A stretch of DNA of 64,000 nt from Candidatus Limnocylindria bacterium (GCA_046715765.1 JBKJYH010000143.1:4584-68583), one strand, 5' to 3'. Counted from the first letter of the stretch, positions 10,757-22,586 are shown. Translations and numbers: made by a program. Notes: generated by a model not told the origin, from the sequence alone.

Positions 10757-10793
10757 CGGGTACAATCGGCGCTCCCGTCGCACGATCGTGAGC

Positions 10794-13577
10794 ATGCCGA
10801 GCAGCGCCGCCCCGAAGTACATCTACGCCTTCGCCGAGGGCAACGCCCAGATGCGTGCCCTGCTCGGCGGCAAGGGCGCCGGGCTGGCGGAAATGACCAA
10901 CGCCGGCCTGCCGGTACCGCCCGGATTTACCATCACCACCGAGGCGTGCAACGCCTACTACGCTGCAGGCAAGGAACTCCCGGCTGGCCTCTGGGACGAC
11001 GTGCTGCGCCACCTGCACGACCTCGAGAACGCGACCGGCAAGGGCTTCGGCCGGCGGGAGAACCCACTCCTGGTGAGCGTCCGTTCGGGAGCCGCGTTCA
11101 GCATGCCCGGGATGATGGACACCGTTCTGAACCTCGGGCTCAACCCCGATACGGTCGAGGGGCTGATCGCGCTCACCGGCAATCCTCGGTTCGGGTACGA
11201 CGCCTGGCGGCGCTTCGTGGCCATGTTCGGGCGGATCGTGCTGGGCATCCCGGCGACCGCCTTCGACGAACCATTCGAGGCGCTCAAGGAGCGCCGTGGC
11301 GCCCACCTCGACACCGACCTGTCTGCCGATGACCTGCGCGACGCGGCTGACCAGTTCCTGGCCATTGTCCGCGAGCACACCGGCGCCGAGTTCGCCATCG
11401 ACCCCCAGCGTCAACTTGAACTGGCGACTCGCGCCGTCTTCGACTCGTGGTTCGGCAAGCGCGCCCACGACTACCGAGAGTTCAACAAGATCCCCCACGA
11501 CCTGGGGACCGCGGTGAACGTGGTGGCCATGGTCTTCGGCAACATGGGCGCAGATTCGGGGACCGGCGTGGCCTTCACCCGCGACCCGAATACGGGGGAG
11601 CGGGTGCTGTATGGCGAGTACCTGACCAACGCCCAGGGCGAGGACGTGGTCGCCGGCGTGCGGACCCCCGCCCCGATCAGCCAGATGCGCGACGAGCTGC
11701 CCGAGGCCTACGCACAATTCCAGGCCATCGCCGAACGCCTGGAGCGCCACTACCGCGACGTTCAGGACATCGAGTTCACCGTCGAGCGCGGCACGCTGTA
11801 CCTGCTCCAGACCCGCTCCGCCAAGCGCACCGCGCCGGCCGCGGTGCGGATCGCGGTCGAGATGGCCGGCGACGGACTGATCAGCCGCGAAGAGGCCGTG
11901 CAGCGGGTGGAGCCGGGCCAGATCGTGCAGCTGCTGCTGCCACGCTTCGACGAGGCCGCCAAGGCCGCCGCGCGCGACCGATACCTTGCCCGCGGGCTGA
12001 ACGCCTCGCCGGGGGCTGCCACCGGGATCGCGGTCTTCGACCCGGATCGGGCCGAAGAGGCGAAAGCAGCCGGGCAGCCGGTGATCCTGGTCCGGATCGA
12101 GACCAGCCCCGATGACGTGCACGGCATGCTCGCCGCGCGTGGCGTCTTGACCGCCCGCGGAGGTGCCACCAGCCATGCTGCGGTCGTGGCTCGCAGCATG
12201 GGGCTGCCCTGCGTGGCTGGCGCCGAGTCGTTGCGGATCGACTACGACGCACGCCGGATGGAGGCCGGTGGCGTGATTGTGGTCGAGGGCGACATGATCA
12301 GCATCGACGGCACCACCGGCGAGATCTTTGCCGGTGAGCTGGCCACCATCGAGGCCCGCTTCGAGGACGAGAAGGACCTCGCCACGCTGCTGGGCTGGGC
12401 CGATGGATTGCGCCGCCTCCAGGTCTGGGCCAACGCCGACTATCCGCGCGATGCCGAGCGGGCACGCGCCTTTGGCGCGCAGGGAATCGGGCTATGCCGC
12501 ACCGAGCACATGTTCTTCGAGGAGGAGCGTCTGCCGACCGTCCGCCGCATGATCCTCAACGCCACCCGGGCGACCGCTGCCAAGGCTCGCCGGGACGAAG
12601 GCGACCAACTCACCGATGATGACGGCGAGTCGGTGCGGACCTTCGATGACGCGCTGGCCGAGCTCGAGCAGCTCCAGGCGACCGATTTCGCCGGCATCTT
12701 CCGGGTGATGGACGGCCTGCCGGTGGTGATCCGCCTGATCGATCCGCCGCTGCACGAGTTCCTGCCCAGCCACGACGAGCTCCTGGTGGACGTCACCCGG
12801 CTGCGCACCCTGCTCGCCGACAACCCCGCCCGAACCGATGCCGCCGCGCTTGCAGCCGACCTCGGTGAGCGCGAGGAGACGCTGGCCGCGGTCGAGGCCA
12901 TGCGTGAGCAGAACCCGATGCTCGGGATGCGCGGCTGCCGGCTGGGCCTACTGATCCCTGACATCGTGCGGATGCAGGTGCGCGCCATTCTCGAGGCGGC
13001 GACCACCGTGGCGGGGGAGGGATTGACACCGCTGCCGGAGATCATGATCCCGCTGGTCGGGCACGTGAACGAGCTGGCCGAGACGCGGCGGATCCTCGAG
13101 GCCGAGGTCGCGCGGGTGCTGACCGAGACCGGGCGTCCGGTGACCTACAAGTTCGGGACGATGATCGAGGTGCCGCGCGGCGCGTTGACCGCGGATCGGA
13201 TCGCCGAGCACGCCGAGTTCTTCAGTTTCGGGACCAACGACCTGACCCAGATGACCTACGGTTTCTCACGCGACGATGCCGAGGGCAAGTTCCTGCTCGC
13301 CTACGTCGAGCGCAAGATCCTGCCGGAGAACCCGTTCCAGGTGCTCGATCGCGAGGGCGTCGGGCAGCTGGTCCAGATGGCCACCGAGCGCGGGCGCGCG
13401 GCCCGGCCGGGATTGAAGGTGGGGATCTGCGGGGAGCACGGTGGCGACCCGGCAAGCATCGCGTTCTGCCACGAGATCGGGCTTGACTATGTCTCGTGCT
13501 CGCCGTTCCGCGTCCCGGTGGCCCGCCTGGCGGCGGCCCAGGCGGCGCTGGCCTCGACCGAGGTCCGCGACCGCTAG
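10794..13577 (+). CDS. ppdK: pyruvate, phosphate dikinase
   Basis: The N-terminus from the ATG at 10794 is MPSSAAPKYIYAFAEG...GGKGAGLAEM (PPDK N-terminal ATP-grasp), followed by the GGATSHAAVVAR phospho-His domain and a C-terminal PEP-utilizing TIM barrel. The ORF-track start at 10497 is an upstream extension. Confidence 0.9.
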   Translation: MPSSAAPKYIYAFAEGNAQMRALLGGKGAGLAEMTNAGLPVPPGFTITTEACNAYYAAGKELPAGLWDDVLRHLHDLENATGKGFGRRENPLLVSVRSGAAFSMPGMMDTVLNLGLNPDTVEGLIALTGNPRFGYDAWRRFVAMFGRIVLGIPATAFDEPFEALKERRGAHLDTDLSADDLRDAADQFLAIVREHTGAEFAIDPQRQLELATRAVFDSWFGKRAHDYREFNKIPHDLGTAVNVVAMVFGNMGADSGTGVAFTRDPNTGERVLYGEYLTNAQGEDVVAGVRTPAPISQMRDELPEAYAQFQAIAERLERHYRDVQDIEFTVERGTLYLLQTRSAKRTAPAAVRIAVEMAGDGLISREEAVQRVEPGQIVQLLLPRFDEAAKAAARDRYLARGLNASPGAATGIAVFDPDRAEEAKAAGQPVILVRIETSPDDVHGMLAARGVLTARGGATSHAAVVARSMGLPCVAGAESLRIDYDARRMEAGGVIVVEGDMISIDGTTGEIFAGELATIEARFEDEKDLATLLGWADGLRRLQVWANADYPRDAERARAFGAQGIGLCRTEHMFFEEERLPTVRRMILNATRATAAKARRDEGDQLTDDDGESVRTFDDALAELEQLQATDFAGIFRVMDGLPVVIRLIDPPLHEFLPSHDELLVDVTRLRTLLADNPARTDAAALAADLGEREETLAAVEAMREQNPMLGMRGCRLGLLIPDIVRMQVRAILEAATTVAGEGLTPLPEIMIPLVGHVNELAETRRILEAEVARVLTETGRPVTYKFGTMIEVPRGALTADRIAEHAEFFSFGTNDLTQMTYGFSRDDAEGKFLLAYVERKILPENPFQVLDREGVGQLVQMATERGRAARPGLKVGICGEHGGDPASIAFCHEIGLDYVSCSPFRVPVARLAAAQAALASTEVRDR

Positions 13578-13586
13578 GCCACCCGA

Positions 13587-14411
13587 CTAGGGGGTGAAGT
13601 TCACCTCGTTGGACCAGGCGCTCTCGCCAACGATGTTCACCGCGGTCACGACATAGAAGGACTGAACTCCTGGGTCGGCGAAGTCGTCGAAGAACGAGGT
13701 AGCGGTCGTCCCGGTGAACGAAAGGTACGCTCCTGAAACAGTGCTCCGATACACCCGATACCCGGTGATCTCGCTACCGCCGTTCGCCGGTACGCTCCAC
13801 GACAGTTGCGCCTGCCCGCCATCGCCGGCGATGACCGACAGGACTGGAGGGGCAGGGGTCGTCGGGACAGGGGTCGGTACCGGGGTCGGTACGCTGGTCG
13901 GCCGGGGTGTCGGCCGGGGCGTGGGGCGAGGCGTCACCGGCGGGCTCCACGGGGCACTCGTCGGCTGGATGGTGGGTGAGTCTCCGGCTTCGCTCGGTGA
14001 TGGGCTCGGCGTCCCCGGATCCGGCGAAGCCGTCGGCTGAAGCGTGGCAGTGGCACCCGGCGTGGCGGTCTCGCCCAGCACCCCAGACTCTGGAGATGCG
14101 CCGAACAGGCTCCCCAGCCACGGCCCGGCGCCCCCGCCGACCACCACCAGGACGAGCACCGCGCCGACGGTTGCGCCGCCCAACCGAGCGACGCGCATGC
14201 CCGCGCCCAGCGCCGCGCGCCAGCGGCTGCCCGCCGGCAGCGGGCCGGGCAGCCCGGCTCGCTCGAGATCGATGCTCGCCAGCAGGTCGATGCTGGCAAC
14301 CGACCGGACGCAGTCCGGACAGACCGATGCGTGCAGCGCGAGGTCGCGCGTCAACTCATCCTGCGCACCGGCGAGCAGCCAATCGGTGAACCTGCGGTGG
14401 GCGTCGCTCAT
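13587..14411 (-). CDS. membrane-anchored ZAS-type anti-sigma factor with Pro/Thr linker and C-terminal fibronectin type III domain
   Basis: N-terminal HASVCPDCV matches the HxxxCxxC zinc anti-sigma motif. There is one TM helix (VGAVLVLVVVGGG), a PT-rich linker, and an FN3-like C-terminus (LSWSVPANGGSEITGYRVYR...YVVTAVN). Its start overlaps the sigma gene stop (ATGA). Confidence 0.65.
   Translation of the reverse strand: MSDAHRRFTDWLLAGAQDELTRDLALHASVCPDCVRSVASIDLLASIDLERAGLPGPLPAGSRWRAALGAGMRVARLGGATVGAVLVLVVVGGGAGPWLGSLFGASPESGVLGETATPGATATLQPTASPDPGTPSPSPSEAGDSPTIQPTSAPWSPPVTPRPTPRPTPRPTSVPTPVPTPVPTTPAPPVLSVIAGDGGQAQLSWSVPANGGSEITGYRVYRSTVSGAYLSFTGTTATSFFDDFADPGVQSFYVVTAVNIVGESAWSNEVNFTP
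13858..13935. repeat. imperfect 12-bp tandem repeats encoding the PT-rich linker of the anti-sigma factor
   Basis: ggggtcggtacc and gtcggccgggg(t/c)g units repeat. On the minus strand they translate to PRPTPRPTPRPTSVPTPVPTPVP. Confidence 0.5.
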
Positions 14412-14926
14412 GGCTCCGCACTCCCGTGCACGCCCATTACGAGGTCGGCAGCCGCACGGACCTGGCCCGCCACTGGTCCGCCGGATGGGAGCTCGGCCGG
14501 CATGCCCGGGGCAAGTGCGGCGAGGAAGCGCCGAAGGCCCTCGGCCGCCAGCTGTCGGCTCCGATCGGGGGAAACGCCCAGGATTGTCTCGAGGTCGATC
14601 GGGCCGAACCCTTCAATCGCCGACGCGACCACCGCGGCCCGATGTGCGACCGAGAGCCCGGCAAGCGCGCGGTACGCCCCATTCTCGACCCCCAGCGCAG
14701 CCACCGCGGCTTGCCGCGCCGCATCGGAAAGTCCTCTGCCGAGGCGCTCTCGACGCAGGTTGAGGAGGGCGCGCCGACGTAGCCACGCCCCGGCGCGTTC
14801 GGGGTGACGCAGGGTTGCGGCGTGGGCGGCTCCCGCTTCAAGGGCCTCCGCTGCGGCGAGCCGCGCGCGACCCGCATCACCGGCGGCCACCAGCAAGGCG
14901 AAGCCATGCAGGCGCGACCCGTGCAC
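14408..14926 (-). CDS. ECF-family RNA polymerase sigma factor
   Basis: 172 aa. Region-2-like AWLRRRALLNLRRER, region-4 HTH (LSVAHRAAVVASAIEGFGPIDLETILGVSPDRSRQ). It is translationally coupled to the downstream anti-sigma gene. Confidence 0.65.
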   Translation of the reverse strand: MHGSRLHGFALLVAAGDAGRARLAAAEALEAGAAHAATLRHPERAGAWLRRRALLNLRRERLGRGLSDAARQAAVAALGVENGAYRALAGLSVAHRAAVVASAIEGFGPIDLETILGVSPDRSRQLAAEGLRRFLAALAPGMPAELPSGGPVAGQVRAAADLVMGVHGSAEP

Positions 14927-15095
14927 GTCGCGAAACGCGGCGGGCAGCGAGGCTGCGATATCGGGATGAGGCGATCCGGTCGTGTGGCGGGATCCTCGCG
15001 GCGGGAAGGTCCGATGCAGTGTGTGGTGGTTAGGAGTGTAGCGGTGGCGTGCAAGGGTGTCCCCGCACCGGCCACGATGATCAGCGCGACCGCCA

Positions 15096-15143
15096 TTGAC
15101 ATCGTGCTAGAATCCCCGGAGCACCCTTGACAACCACTTGACA
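15096..15143 (+). promoter_or_regulatory. promoter-like cluster upstream of dnaG: TTGACA, extended -10 TGcTAGAAT, then two direct CTTGACAA repeats
   Basis: TTGACA at 15096-15101. TGCTAGAAT at 15105-15113. CTTGACAA at 15126-15133 and 15137-15144 with 11-bp spacing. The first -35/-10 pair is only 6 bp apart, so TGnTAGAAT may act as an extended -10 and the downstream repeats as an operator. Confidence 0.3.
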
Positions 15144-15175
15144 AGCCACCTCGTGGCGCGGAGCAGTTCGCCCGC

Positions 15176-17011
15176 ATGACATCAGGCATCGCCGCCGAGA
15201 TCAAGTCCAAGCTCCCCATCGTCGAAGTGATCGGCGAGAGCGTGCCGCTGCGGCGTGCCGGGACCGCTTACAAGGGTCTGTGCCCATTCCACAACGAGAA
15301 GACGCCCTCGTTCGTGGTCAGCCCTGATCGCGAGACATGGCATTGCTTCGGCTGCGGCGAGGGGGGCGACATCTTCACCTTCCTGATGCGTCGCGACGGG
15401 ATCGACTTCCGCGAGGCCCTGAGCCGGCTGGCCGAGAAGGCAGGGGTGGTGCTCTCGGAGCGGACTGCGACCGAGGATCGTCGCCGCAAGCGCCTGCGCG
15501 ATGCCCTGGAGGCTGCCATCGCGTGGTATCGCGAGGTCCTGCTCCAGGCACGCCTCGCCGAACCTGCGCGGGGCTATCTGACCGAACGCGGCCTGACCGC
15601 TGAGACGCTCGACTCCTTTAGCATCGGCTATGCGCCGGCAACCTACGACGCGCTGACCAGGCGGCTCATCGCCCGTGGCTTCAGCAACGACGACCTGGTC
15701 GGGGCGGGCCTCGCCTCGCCGTCCAACCGGGGGGGGGTGGTCGATCGCTTCCGTGGCCGGATCATCGTTCCGATTCGGGATGCCTCCGGGCGTGCCACCG
15801 GCCTCGGTGGCCGGATCATGCCCGGAGCCGACGGTCCGAAGTACCTCAACTCGCCGGCAGGGCCGCTCTTTGACAAGTCGCGCACCCTGTTCGGGATCGA
15901 CAAGGCCAAGAACGCCATTCGCAAGGAGAAGGTGGCGGTCATCGTCGAGGGTTACACCGATGTGATGGCCGCTCACCAGGCCGGCTTCGGCAACGTCGTC
16001 GCCAGCCTTGGCACCGCTCTGACCGCGGGACAGGTCGAGCTCGCCAACCGCTACGCCGACGCCGTGGCCCTTGCGTACGACGTTGATCTGGCCGGGGAGG
16101 CCGCCACCCAGCGTGGGCTGCTCGAGGAGCTCGGGCCCGATACGAGCGTCAGCAAGATCCGGGTGGTGCGGATCCCCGGCGCCAAGGACCCCGACGAGCT
16201 GATCCGCAGCGATCCGGAGGCATGGCGACGGGCTGTCGCCGATGCCAAGCCGGTGATCGAGTACTTCATTGACCGCGCTGTCGAAGATGTCGGCACCTCT
16301 TCGCTGGCCGCCAAGCGCGAACTGACCGGACGGGTGCTGGCGGTGATCAAGCGGGTGGGCGATCCGGTGGAGCGGGCGCTGTACATCCAGCGCCTCGCCC
16401 GGCTGGTGAGCGTCGAGGAGCGGGTGCTCAACGAGGCGCTCGGTCGTGAAACGCTGCGCCGGCCGGCCGCCTCGTTGCCGCCGCGACCCAATGCCGTGGG
16501 TGCGAGCAGTGCGGCGGTCGACCCGGTCGAGGGCGAGGCGCTGGGCCTGCTCCTGCGCTATCCGCGCCTGGTGAGTGAACTGCCGGATGAAAGTCTCCCG
16601 TTCGGGGACGCGACTGCCACCGCGCTGGTCGGCGAGTGGCGCCTCGCGGTGCAGGCAGCCGGCGAATCGTCCCTGCCGGACCTTGAGCGGTTTGTGGCCG
16701 GCCTCGATCCGGCGACCGCCGAGATGGCGCGCACGGTTCTGCACCGGCTGGCCGGGGCAGCTGACGCGCCGCGCCTAGAGGCCGAGCAGGCGACCAATGA
16801 ACTGCGGACCTGCCTGCTCCGGCTGCGAATAGCCCGGATCGACGAATCATTGCGAGACGGCCGCCTGCTGCTCGAGGAAGCACAGCGCGACCAGGATCAC
16901 GGCCGATTGCAGGCCCTCGAAACACAGATCACCGCGCTCGGCCGACGCAAGGCCGAGGCGACCCGCAAGTTGCGTGAGCCGGCCGAAGTGGCCGGTCCCG
17001 GAAGGAGTTGA
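15176..17011 (+). CDS. dnaG: DNA primase
   Basis: 611 aa with a zinc ribbon ([11 protein letters not shown]...HCFGCG), TOPRIM domain and a C-terminal helicase-binding region. Confidence 0.9.
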   Translation: MTSGIAAEIKSKLPIVEVIGESVPLRRAGTAYKGLCPFHNEKTPSFVVSPDRETWHCFGCGEGGDIFTFLMRRDGIDFREALSRLAEKAGVVLSERTATEDRRRKRLRDALEAAIAWYREVLLQARLAEPARGYLTERGLTAETLDSFSIGYAPATYDALTRRLIARGFSNDDLVGAGLASPSNRGGVVDRFRGRIIVPIRDASGRATGLGGRIMPGADGPKYLNSPAGPLFDKSRTLFGIDKAKNAIRKEKVAVIVEGYTDVMAAHQAGFGNVVASLGTALTAGQVELANRYADAVALAYDVDLAGEAATQRGLLEELGPDTSVSKIRVVRIPGAKDPDELIRSDPEAWRRAVADAKPVIEYFIDRAVEDVGTSSLAAKRELTGRVLAVIKRVGDPVERALYIQRLARLVSVEERVLNEALGRETLRRPAASLPPRPNAVGASSAAVDPVEGEALGLLLRYPRLVSELPDESLPFGDATATALVGEWRLAVQAAGESSLPDLERFVAGLDPATAEMARTVLHRLAGAADAPRLEAEQATNELRTCLLRLRIARIDESLRDGRLLLEEAQRDQDHGRLQALETQITALGRRKAEATRKLREPAEVAGPGRS

Positions 17012-17013
17012 AC

Positions 17014-18795
<1,782 letters not shown>

Positions 18796-18845
18796 AACTC
18801 GCGGCTTGACCCGCCGAGGCGGCGGCCCATGATAGAGTTCCACCG

Positions 18846-20528
18846 GTGAGCGGACCGCGGGTCCTGAGAGTCGCCCTCGGAATGGCGACGTTCCTCGCTG
18901 CATGCGGAGGGAGCAACAGCAGCGCGCCCGCGGGCGCGCCTTCGATGGCGCCAGCGTACAACGAAGCATTTGTTGCGGAGTTGGTCGCCAACGGCGTGCC
19001 ACGGGACGACGCGGTCTTTCTGGCTTTGGCAAGCATCGCGGTGACGTCTGGCGGGGCCAAGAGCGTGCGGATCGTCGAGACCTTCCCGACCGGCAATACG
19101 GTGGACATGACGATCACGCTCGATCCGAATCGGCATCCCGAACCCGACACTCTCGAGGTCTCTTACTCGGAAACGGACGACGCCCTGGCGTTCACGCTGT
19201 CGTACTTCGTCCCCTTCACTGGCATGCCGGACGACGTCCGGCAGGAGATCGAAACTCTGGCTGCGTCGGGGGGTGCCATCCTCGCATTTAACGGGACCCG
19301 AATTCCTGGTCCGATGACGGCGGCGGTCGATGGGATCGGGGTCCTGGTCGACGGGATTGTCGGAAAGGCCCAATCGGACACAGTTGGGGCCGCGCTGGAC
19401 GCGCTCAAGGAGCGATTCGGCATCAACACGACGAAGCTGGGGCTAGCCGTAACGGCGGGGGAGGCCATTCAGGACAGCCTGGCGCTCAACGAGGAGTGGG
19501 CCGCTCTGGAGCGCCAGCTCGATGAACTGAAGCAGTGCGCAGAGAACCCGACCAACCCGCTCACCCAGAAGGCGTACGAGGAAAACCCGGGCATGAAGGA
19601 CAGGCTCGTCCAGGAGATCGAGAGCGCGAGGGCTGAGATCGCCAGGAACATGGTCGTGTCGCATATCGGCATCCTCAACGAGCTCGCCGCGGACGGAGGT
19701 CCCAAGTGGCTCGGCTGGGTCATCGCGCCTGGCACGAAATGGGCCAAGGAAACCCTGAACGATATCAACAGGGAGCGCCTCGAACAGCTGCGCAGGGGGA
19801 TACCAAAGTGTGGTGAACCCTGTCCGTACGGCTCGTCGGCCGGTTCAGGGGGGCAACCGGGCTCCGGCGAATCGTCGGGCGGCGGGGGCACGGGAGGCGG
19901 CGGATCAACGGAGGGGGTATGCGCCGTGCCGATTAGGCTGGTTGGCTCTGCCGACGCGGTCATCGTCAGCTTCGGCACCGTCATGGCGACCCTTCATGCG
20001 CGCGACGTGGTCTGGCAGGAGGACCCGGCGGCTCCGGGCTCGGGCACCTATCACGTCGTCAGCGGCACTCTGGACTGGTCGCTGCCGGGAACCTGGATGA
20101 CCACTTCGGGAGGAGGGGTCATTCCGGAGCAGACTTGCTCGTACGTGCCCAATTCCGGCAGCGAGTCCCTCGTTGCCGACGACCCGTATGGCAGCGGCGG
20201 AGTAGAGTCGGATGTCCCGTTCATGCCAGGTGAGAGCACCCTCCTGCACATCGCTTGGCGCGACCAGCCGGTCACCTATCTCGCCCAAAGTGTCATAGCC
20301 ATCCACACCCTGGTAAGAGAGGTATGCGGGGGGGTGCCCCGGGGGGCGGAGGTCAATCTGAACTTCTTGGGAAACCCGCGTTCGATGAGCACCTGGATTG
20401 CAACAGACGGGGCTAGCCGAGCACAGGTCTCCGTGTCGGGCGGGCTCTTGGTCGTCGAGGGCAAGTATTCGGAAACGCGCAGTAACGGCTCGGTCGAGTG
20501 GAGCTGGAACTTCACCGCTTCTCCGTGA
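18846..20528 (+). CDS. hypothetical lipoprotein, two domains joined by a Gly/Ser-rich linker
   Basis: 560 aa. Signal peptide with lipobox ([20 protein letters not shown]). Linker [30 protein letters not shown] recognise no family. GC content and codon usage are atypical for the window (uses ata, agg, aaa, ttt). Confidence 0.6.
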   Translation: MSGPRVLRVALGMATFLAACGGSNSSAPAGAPSMAPAYNEAFVAELVANGVPRDDAVFLALASIAVTSGGAKSVRIVETFPTGNTVDMTITLDPNRHPEPDTLEVSYSETDDALAFTLSYFVPFTGMPDDVRQEIETLAASGGAILAFNGTRIPGPMTAAVDGIGVLVDGIVGKAQSDTVGAALDALKERFGINTTKLGLAVTAGEAIQDSLALNEEWAALERQLDELKQCAENPTNPLTQKAYEENPGMKDRLVQEIESARAEIARNMVVSHIGILNELAADGGPKWLGWVIAPGTKWAKETLNDINRERLEQLRRGIPKCGEPCPYGSSAGSGGQPGSGESSGGGGTGGGGSTEGVCAVPIRLVGSADAVIVSFGTVMATLHARDVVWQEDPAAPGSGTYHVVSGTLDWSLPGTWMTTSGGGVIPEQTCSYVPNSGSESLVADDPYGSGGVESDVPFMPGESTLLHIAWRDQPVTYLAQSVIAIHTLVREVCGGVPRGAEVNLNFLGNPRSMSTWIATDGASRAQVSVSGGLLVVEGKYSETRSNGSVEWSWNFTASP

Positions 20529-20556
20529 GTGCACCGGCACATGCCCTCTACTGGTC

Positions 20557-20571
20557 CTCCGCGGGAGGAGA
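20557..20571 (+). terminator. short perfect hairpin after the lipoprotein gene (TCCTCC-gcg-GGAGGA)
   Basis: 6-bp stem and 3-nt loop, 29 nt after the stop. There is no U-tract. Confidence 0.3.
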
Positions 20572-20937
20572 TGTAGCTCCGGCTAGATCTCAGCCATGCG
20601 ACGGGCGCCTACGGTGGACGGCGGCGATGATCCCTTGATCGGCGTTCTCCGCCATTATGAGGAACCGTGGAAGCTGTTCCGGGCATCCGCCGGCCCCGAA
20701 CGATGGGCCCCTGCCGCAGCCCACTCTCGCTTTGGTTTGGAACGCAATCATCTCTTTCTCTGGTCGCGAATCGTTCGGACCCTGCGTCCGTCGTACTCCG
20801 AGGCAGCGACCGTTGACTGATAACAGGCCCACCTGCTTTACTGCAGACAAAGGCAGTGGCCGGGGCGCCTGCCGTCGGTGGTCTTCACGCCACCGCTTCC
20901 TCGGATGCCTTTACAGCAAGAGGAGAGCCCCGTCGCC

Positions 20938-21351
20938 ATGATCGAGCAGTCTGAGCAAACCGAGCAGACGGTCGTCACATCGGAGCCCGTCGCCAGCGGG
21001 ATGCCCGCGGCATCCTCCACAGTCACCCGCCGGAGTACCACCCTGCGTCCGGGGGGCGCCGAACTCTGGCGCCGGATCGTGGTCCTGATCTTCGGGCTGG
21101 TCCAGGTCCTCATTGTCCTGCGCGTGGTGCTGTTGGTCCTGGATGCCCGCGAGGGGAACGCGCTGGTCTCCGGGATCCTCAACCTGAGCCAGATCTTCGT
21201 GGGACCCTTCGACGGCATCCTCCGTACCAACGCGCTCCAGTCCGGCGGGTCGATTCTTGACCTTGCGGCGATCGTGGCCCTGATCGGCTGGACCGTCCTG
21301 GAAATGGTGGTCCTGTGGTCCGTCGGCGTCTTCCGGCGCGAGCCCGCCTAG
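20938..21351 (+). CDS. YggT-family membrane protein with N-terminal extension
   Basis: ATG at 20938 is preceded by GAGGAGAG. The core RIVVLIFGLVQVLIVLRVVLLVL...NLSQIFVGPFDGIL resembles the YGGT repeat, and there are 2-3 TM helices. Confidence 0.55.
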   Translation: MIEQSEQTEQTVVTSEPVASGMPAASSTVTRRSTTLRPGGAELWRRIVVLIFGLVQVLIVLRVVLLVLDAREGNALVSGILNLSQIFVGPFDGILRTNALQSGGSILDLAAIVALIGWTVLEMVVLWSVGVFRREPA

Positions 21352-21454
21352 GTCTCGTTCCCACCCGGGCAGGGAGCCTTCCGCGGACGGGCTCGCAGTC
21401 CGCACCAACGCCGCGACCGATCGTCGGTCGACACCTTGAAAGGTACGAGTTGAC

Positions 21455-21721
21455 ATGGGTTTCATTTCGTGGATCGTGGTCGGCGCGATTGCCGGCTTCC
21501 TGGCCGGCAAGCTTGTCGGGAGCCGGGAAGGGCTGCTCATGATGATCGTGTACGGCATCGTCGGCGGGCTGGTCGGCGGCTACGTCGCCAGCAGTTTGCT
21601 GCACATCGGGTCCGTTGATGGGATCAACGTGGAGAGCATCCTGATCGCCACCCTGGGTGCCGCCGGCGTGCTGCTGGTGATGTCCAAGGTCAGAGGCTCG
21701 CGCGGCCCACTGGGAGGCTGA
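21455..21721 (+). CDS. GlsB/YeaQ/YmgE family stress-response membrane protein
   Basis: 88 aa. MGFISWIVVGAIAGFLAGKLV...IVYGIVGGLVGGYVAS is the transglycosylase-associated (GlsB) family signature. Confidence 0.75.
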   Translation: MGFISWIVVGAIAGFLAGKLVGSREGLLMMIVYGIVGGLVGGYVASSLLHIGSVDGINVESILIATLGAAGVLLVMSKVRGSRGPLGG

Positions 21722-21781
21722 CCCCGCGTCTGGATGAACCCTGAGCCACCCCGCACCTCGGGCTGAACCCGGTCCCGGGTC

Positions 21782-21787
21782 TATAAT
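21782..21787 (+). promoter_or_regulatory. TATAAT -10 hexamer about 42 nt upstream of tRNA-Asn
   Basis: A perfect TATAAT in about 70% GC DNA. The -35 (ctgaac) is weak. Confidence 0.35.
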
Positions 21788-21828
21788 CCGCGCCGTTCCC
21801 CGGCCGCCTCTCGCGGCCGGGCCGACGT

Positions 21829-21903
21829 TCCGGCGTAGCTCAGTGGTAGAGCGGGCGGCTGTTAACCGCTTGGTCGTAGGTTCGAGTCCTACCGCCGGAG
21901 CCA
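21829..21903 (+). tRNA. tRNA-Asn (anticodon GTT)
   Basis: Cloverleaf folded by hand: acceptor tccggcg/cgccgga, D arm gctc-agtggtaga-gagc, anticodon stem ggcgg/ccgct with loop cTGTTAa, T arm gtagg-ttcgagt-cctac, discriminator g, encoded CCA. Confidence 0.9.
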
Positions 21904-21969
21904 CCTTCGCTGCGCTCGGTGTCGTCAGGGCGCCGGGAACCGTGAGCGCCTCGGCCGCGTCGAGCGGGC

Positions 21970-22326
21970 ATGAGCATCACGCGGGCCTGCCTAGTTCTCC
22001 TGATCGCCGCCAGCCTGACCCTCGCCGGCTGTGCGCCTCCCGCGGCGTCCACTGAGGTGATCAGCGCCGATCAGGCGGTCCGACTGGTTCTCGCCCAGCG
22101 AGCCGACTTCGCCGGGATTGGGCCGCTTGATCCCAACCTCATCGGTCAGGCGGCCTGGTACGAGGTGGCGGAAGCCGGGGACGGATGGCAGGTGCTGGTC
22201 CGAATCGGCTGGGGCGACTGCCCGGCCGGCTGCATCAGTCAGCATCGCTGGACATACGGGGTGGAGCGCGATGGTTCGGTGGAGCTGCTTGCCGAGGACG
22301 GGGACGAACTGGTCACCGAACTGTAG
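21970..22326 (+). CDS. small hypothetical lipoprotein
   Basis: 118 aa. Signal peptide with lipobox LTLAGC. Confidence 0.5.
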   Translation: MSITRACLVLLIAASLTLAGCAPPAASTEVISADQAVRLVLAQRADFAGIGPLDPNLIGQAAWYEVAEAGDGWQVLVRIGWGDCPAGCISQHRWTYGVERDGSVELLAEDGDELVTEL

Positions 22327-22347
22327 GCGCCGGACTCGGCCGGCCGG

Positions 22348-22548
22348 TTAGAGCTCGAAGTCGGGGTCGACCGGGGCGGTAGGACCCGCGTTGTCGGCGG
22401 TGGGGAGCAGGGTCCAGGCCATGACTCCCATGGCGCCGCCGAAGATCATGAGCATGACCGCCCCCGCCGTTTCCCCGCTGAGCAGGAGGTAGATCAGGCC
22501 GAGCCCGATGATGATCAGCGGGGTGACTACGTAGCGCAGCACGGACAT
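22348..22548 (-). CDS. small two-TM membrane protein (hypothetical)
   Basis: 66 aa. Very high GC3 in this frame, with two hydrophobic helices. Confidence 0.5.
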   Translation of the reverse strand: MSVLRYVVTPLIIIGLGLIYLLLSGETAGAVMLMIFGGAMGVMAWTLLPTADNAGPTAPVDPDFEL

Positions 22549-22586
22549 GGCCGGGATGATAGCGATCTGAGCGGCTTCGGGGACGC

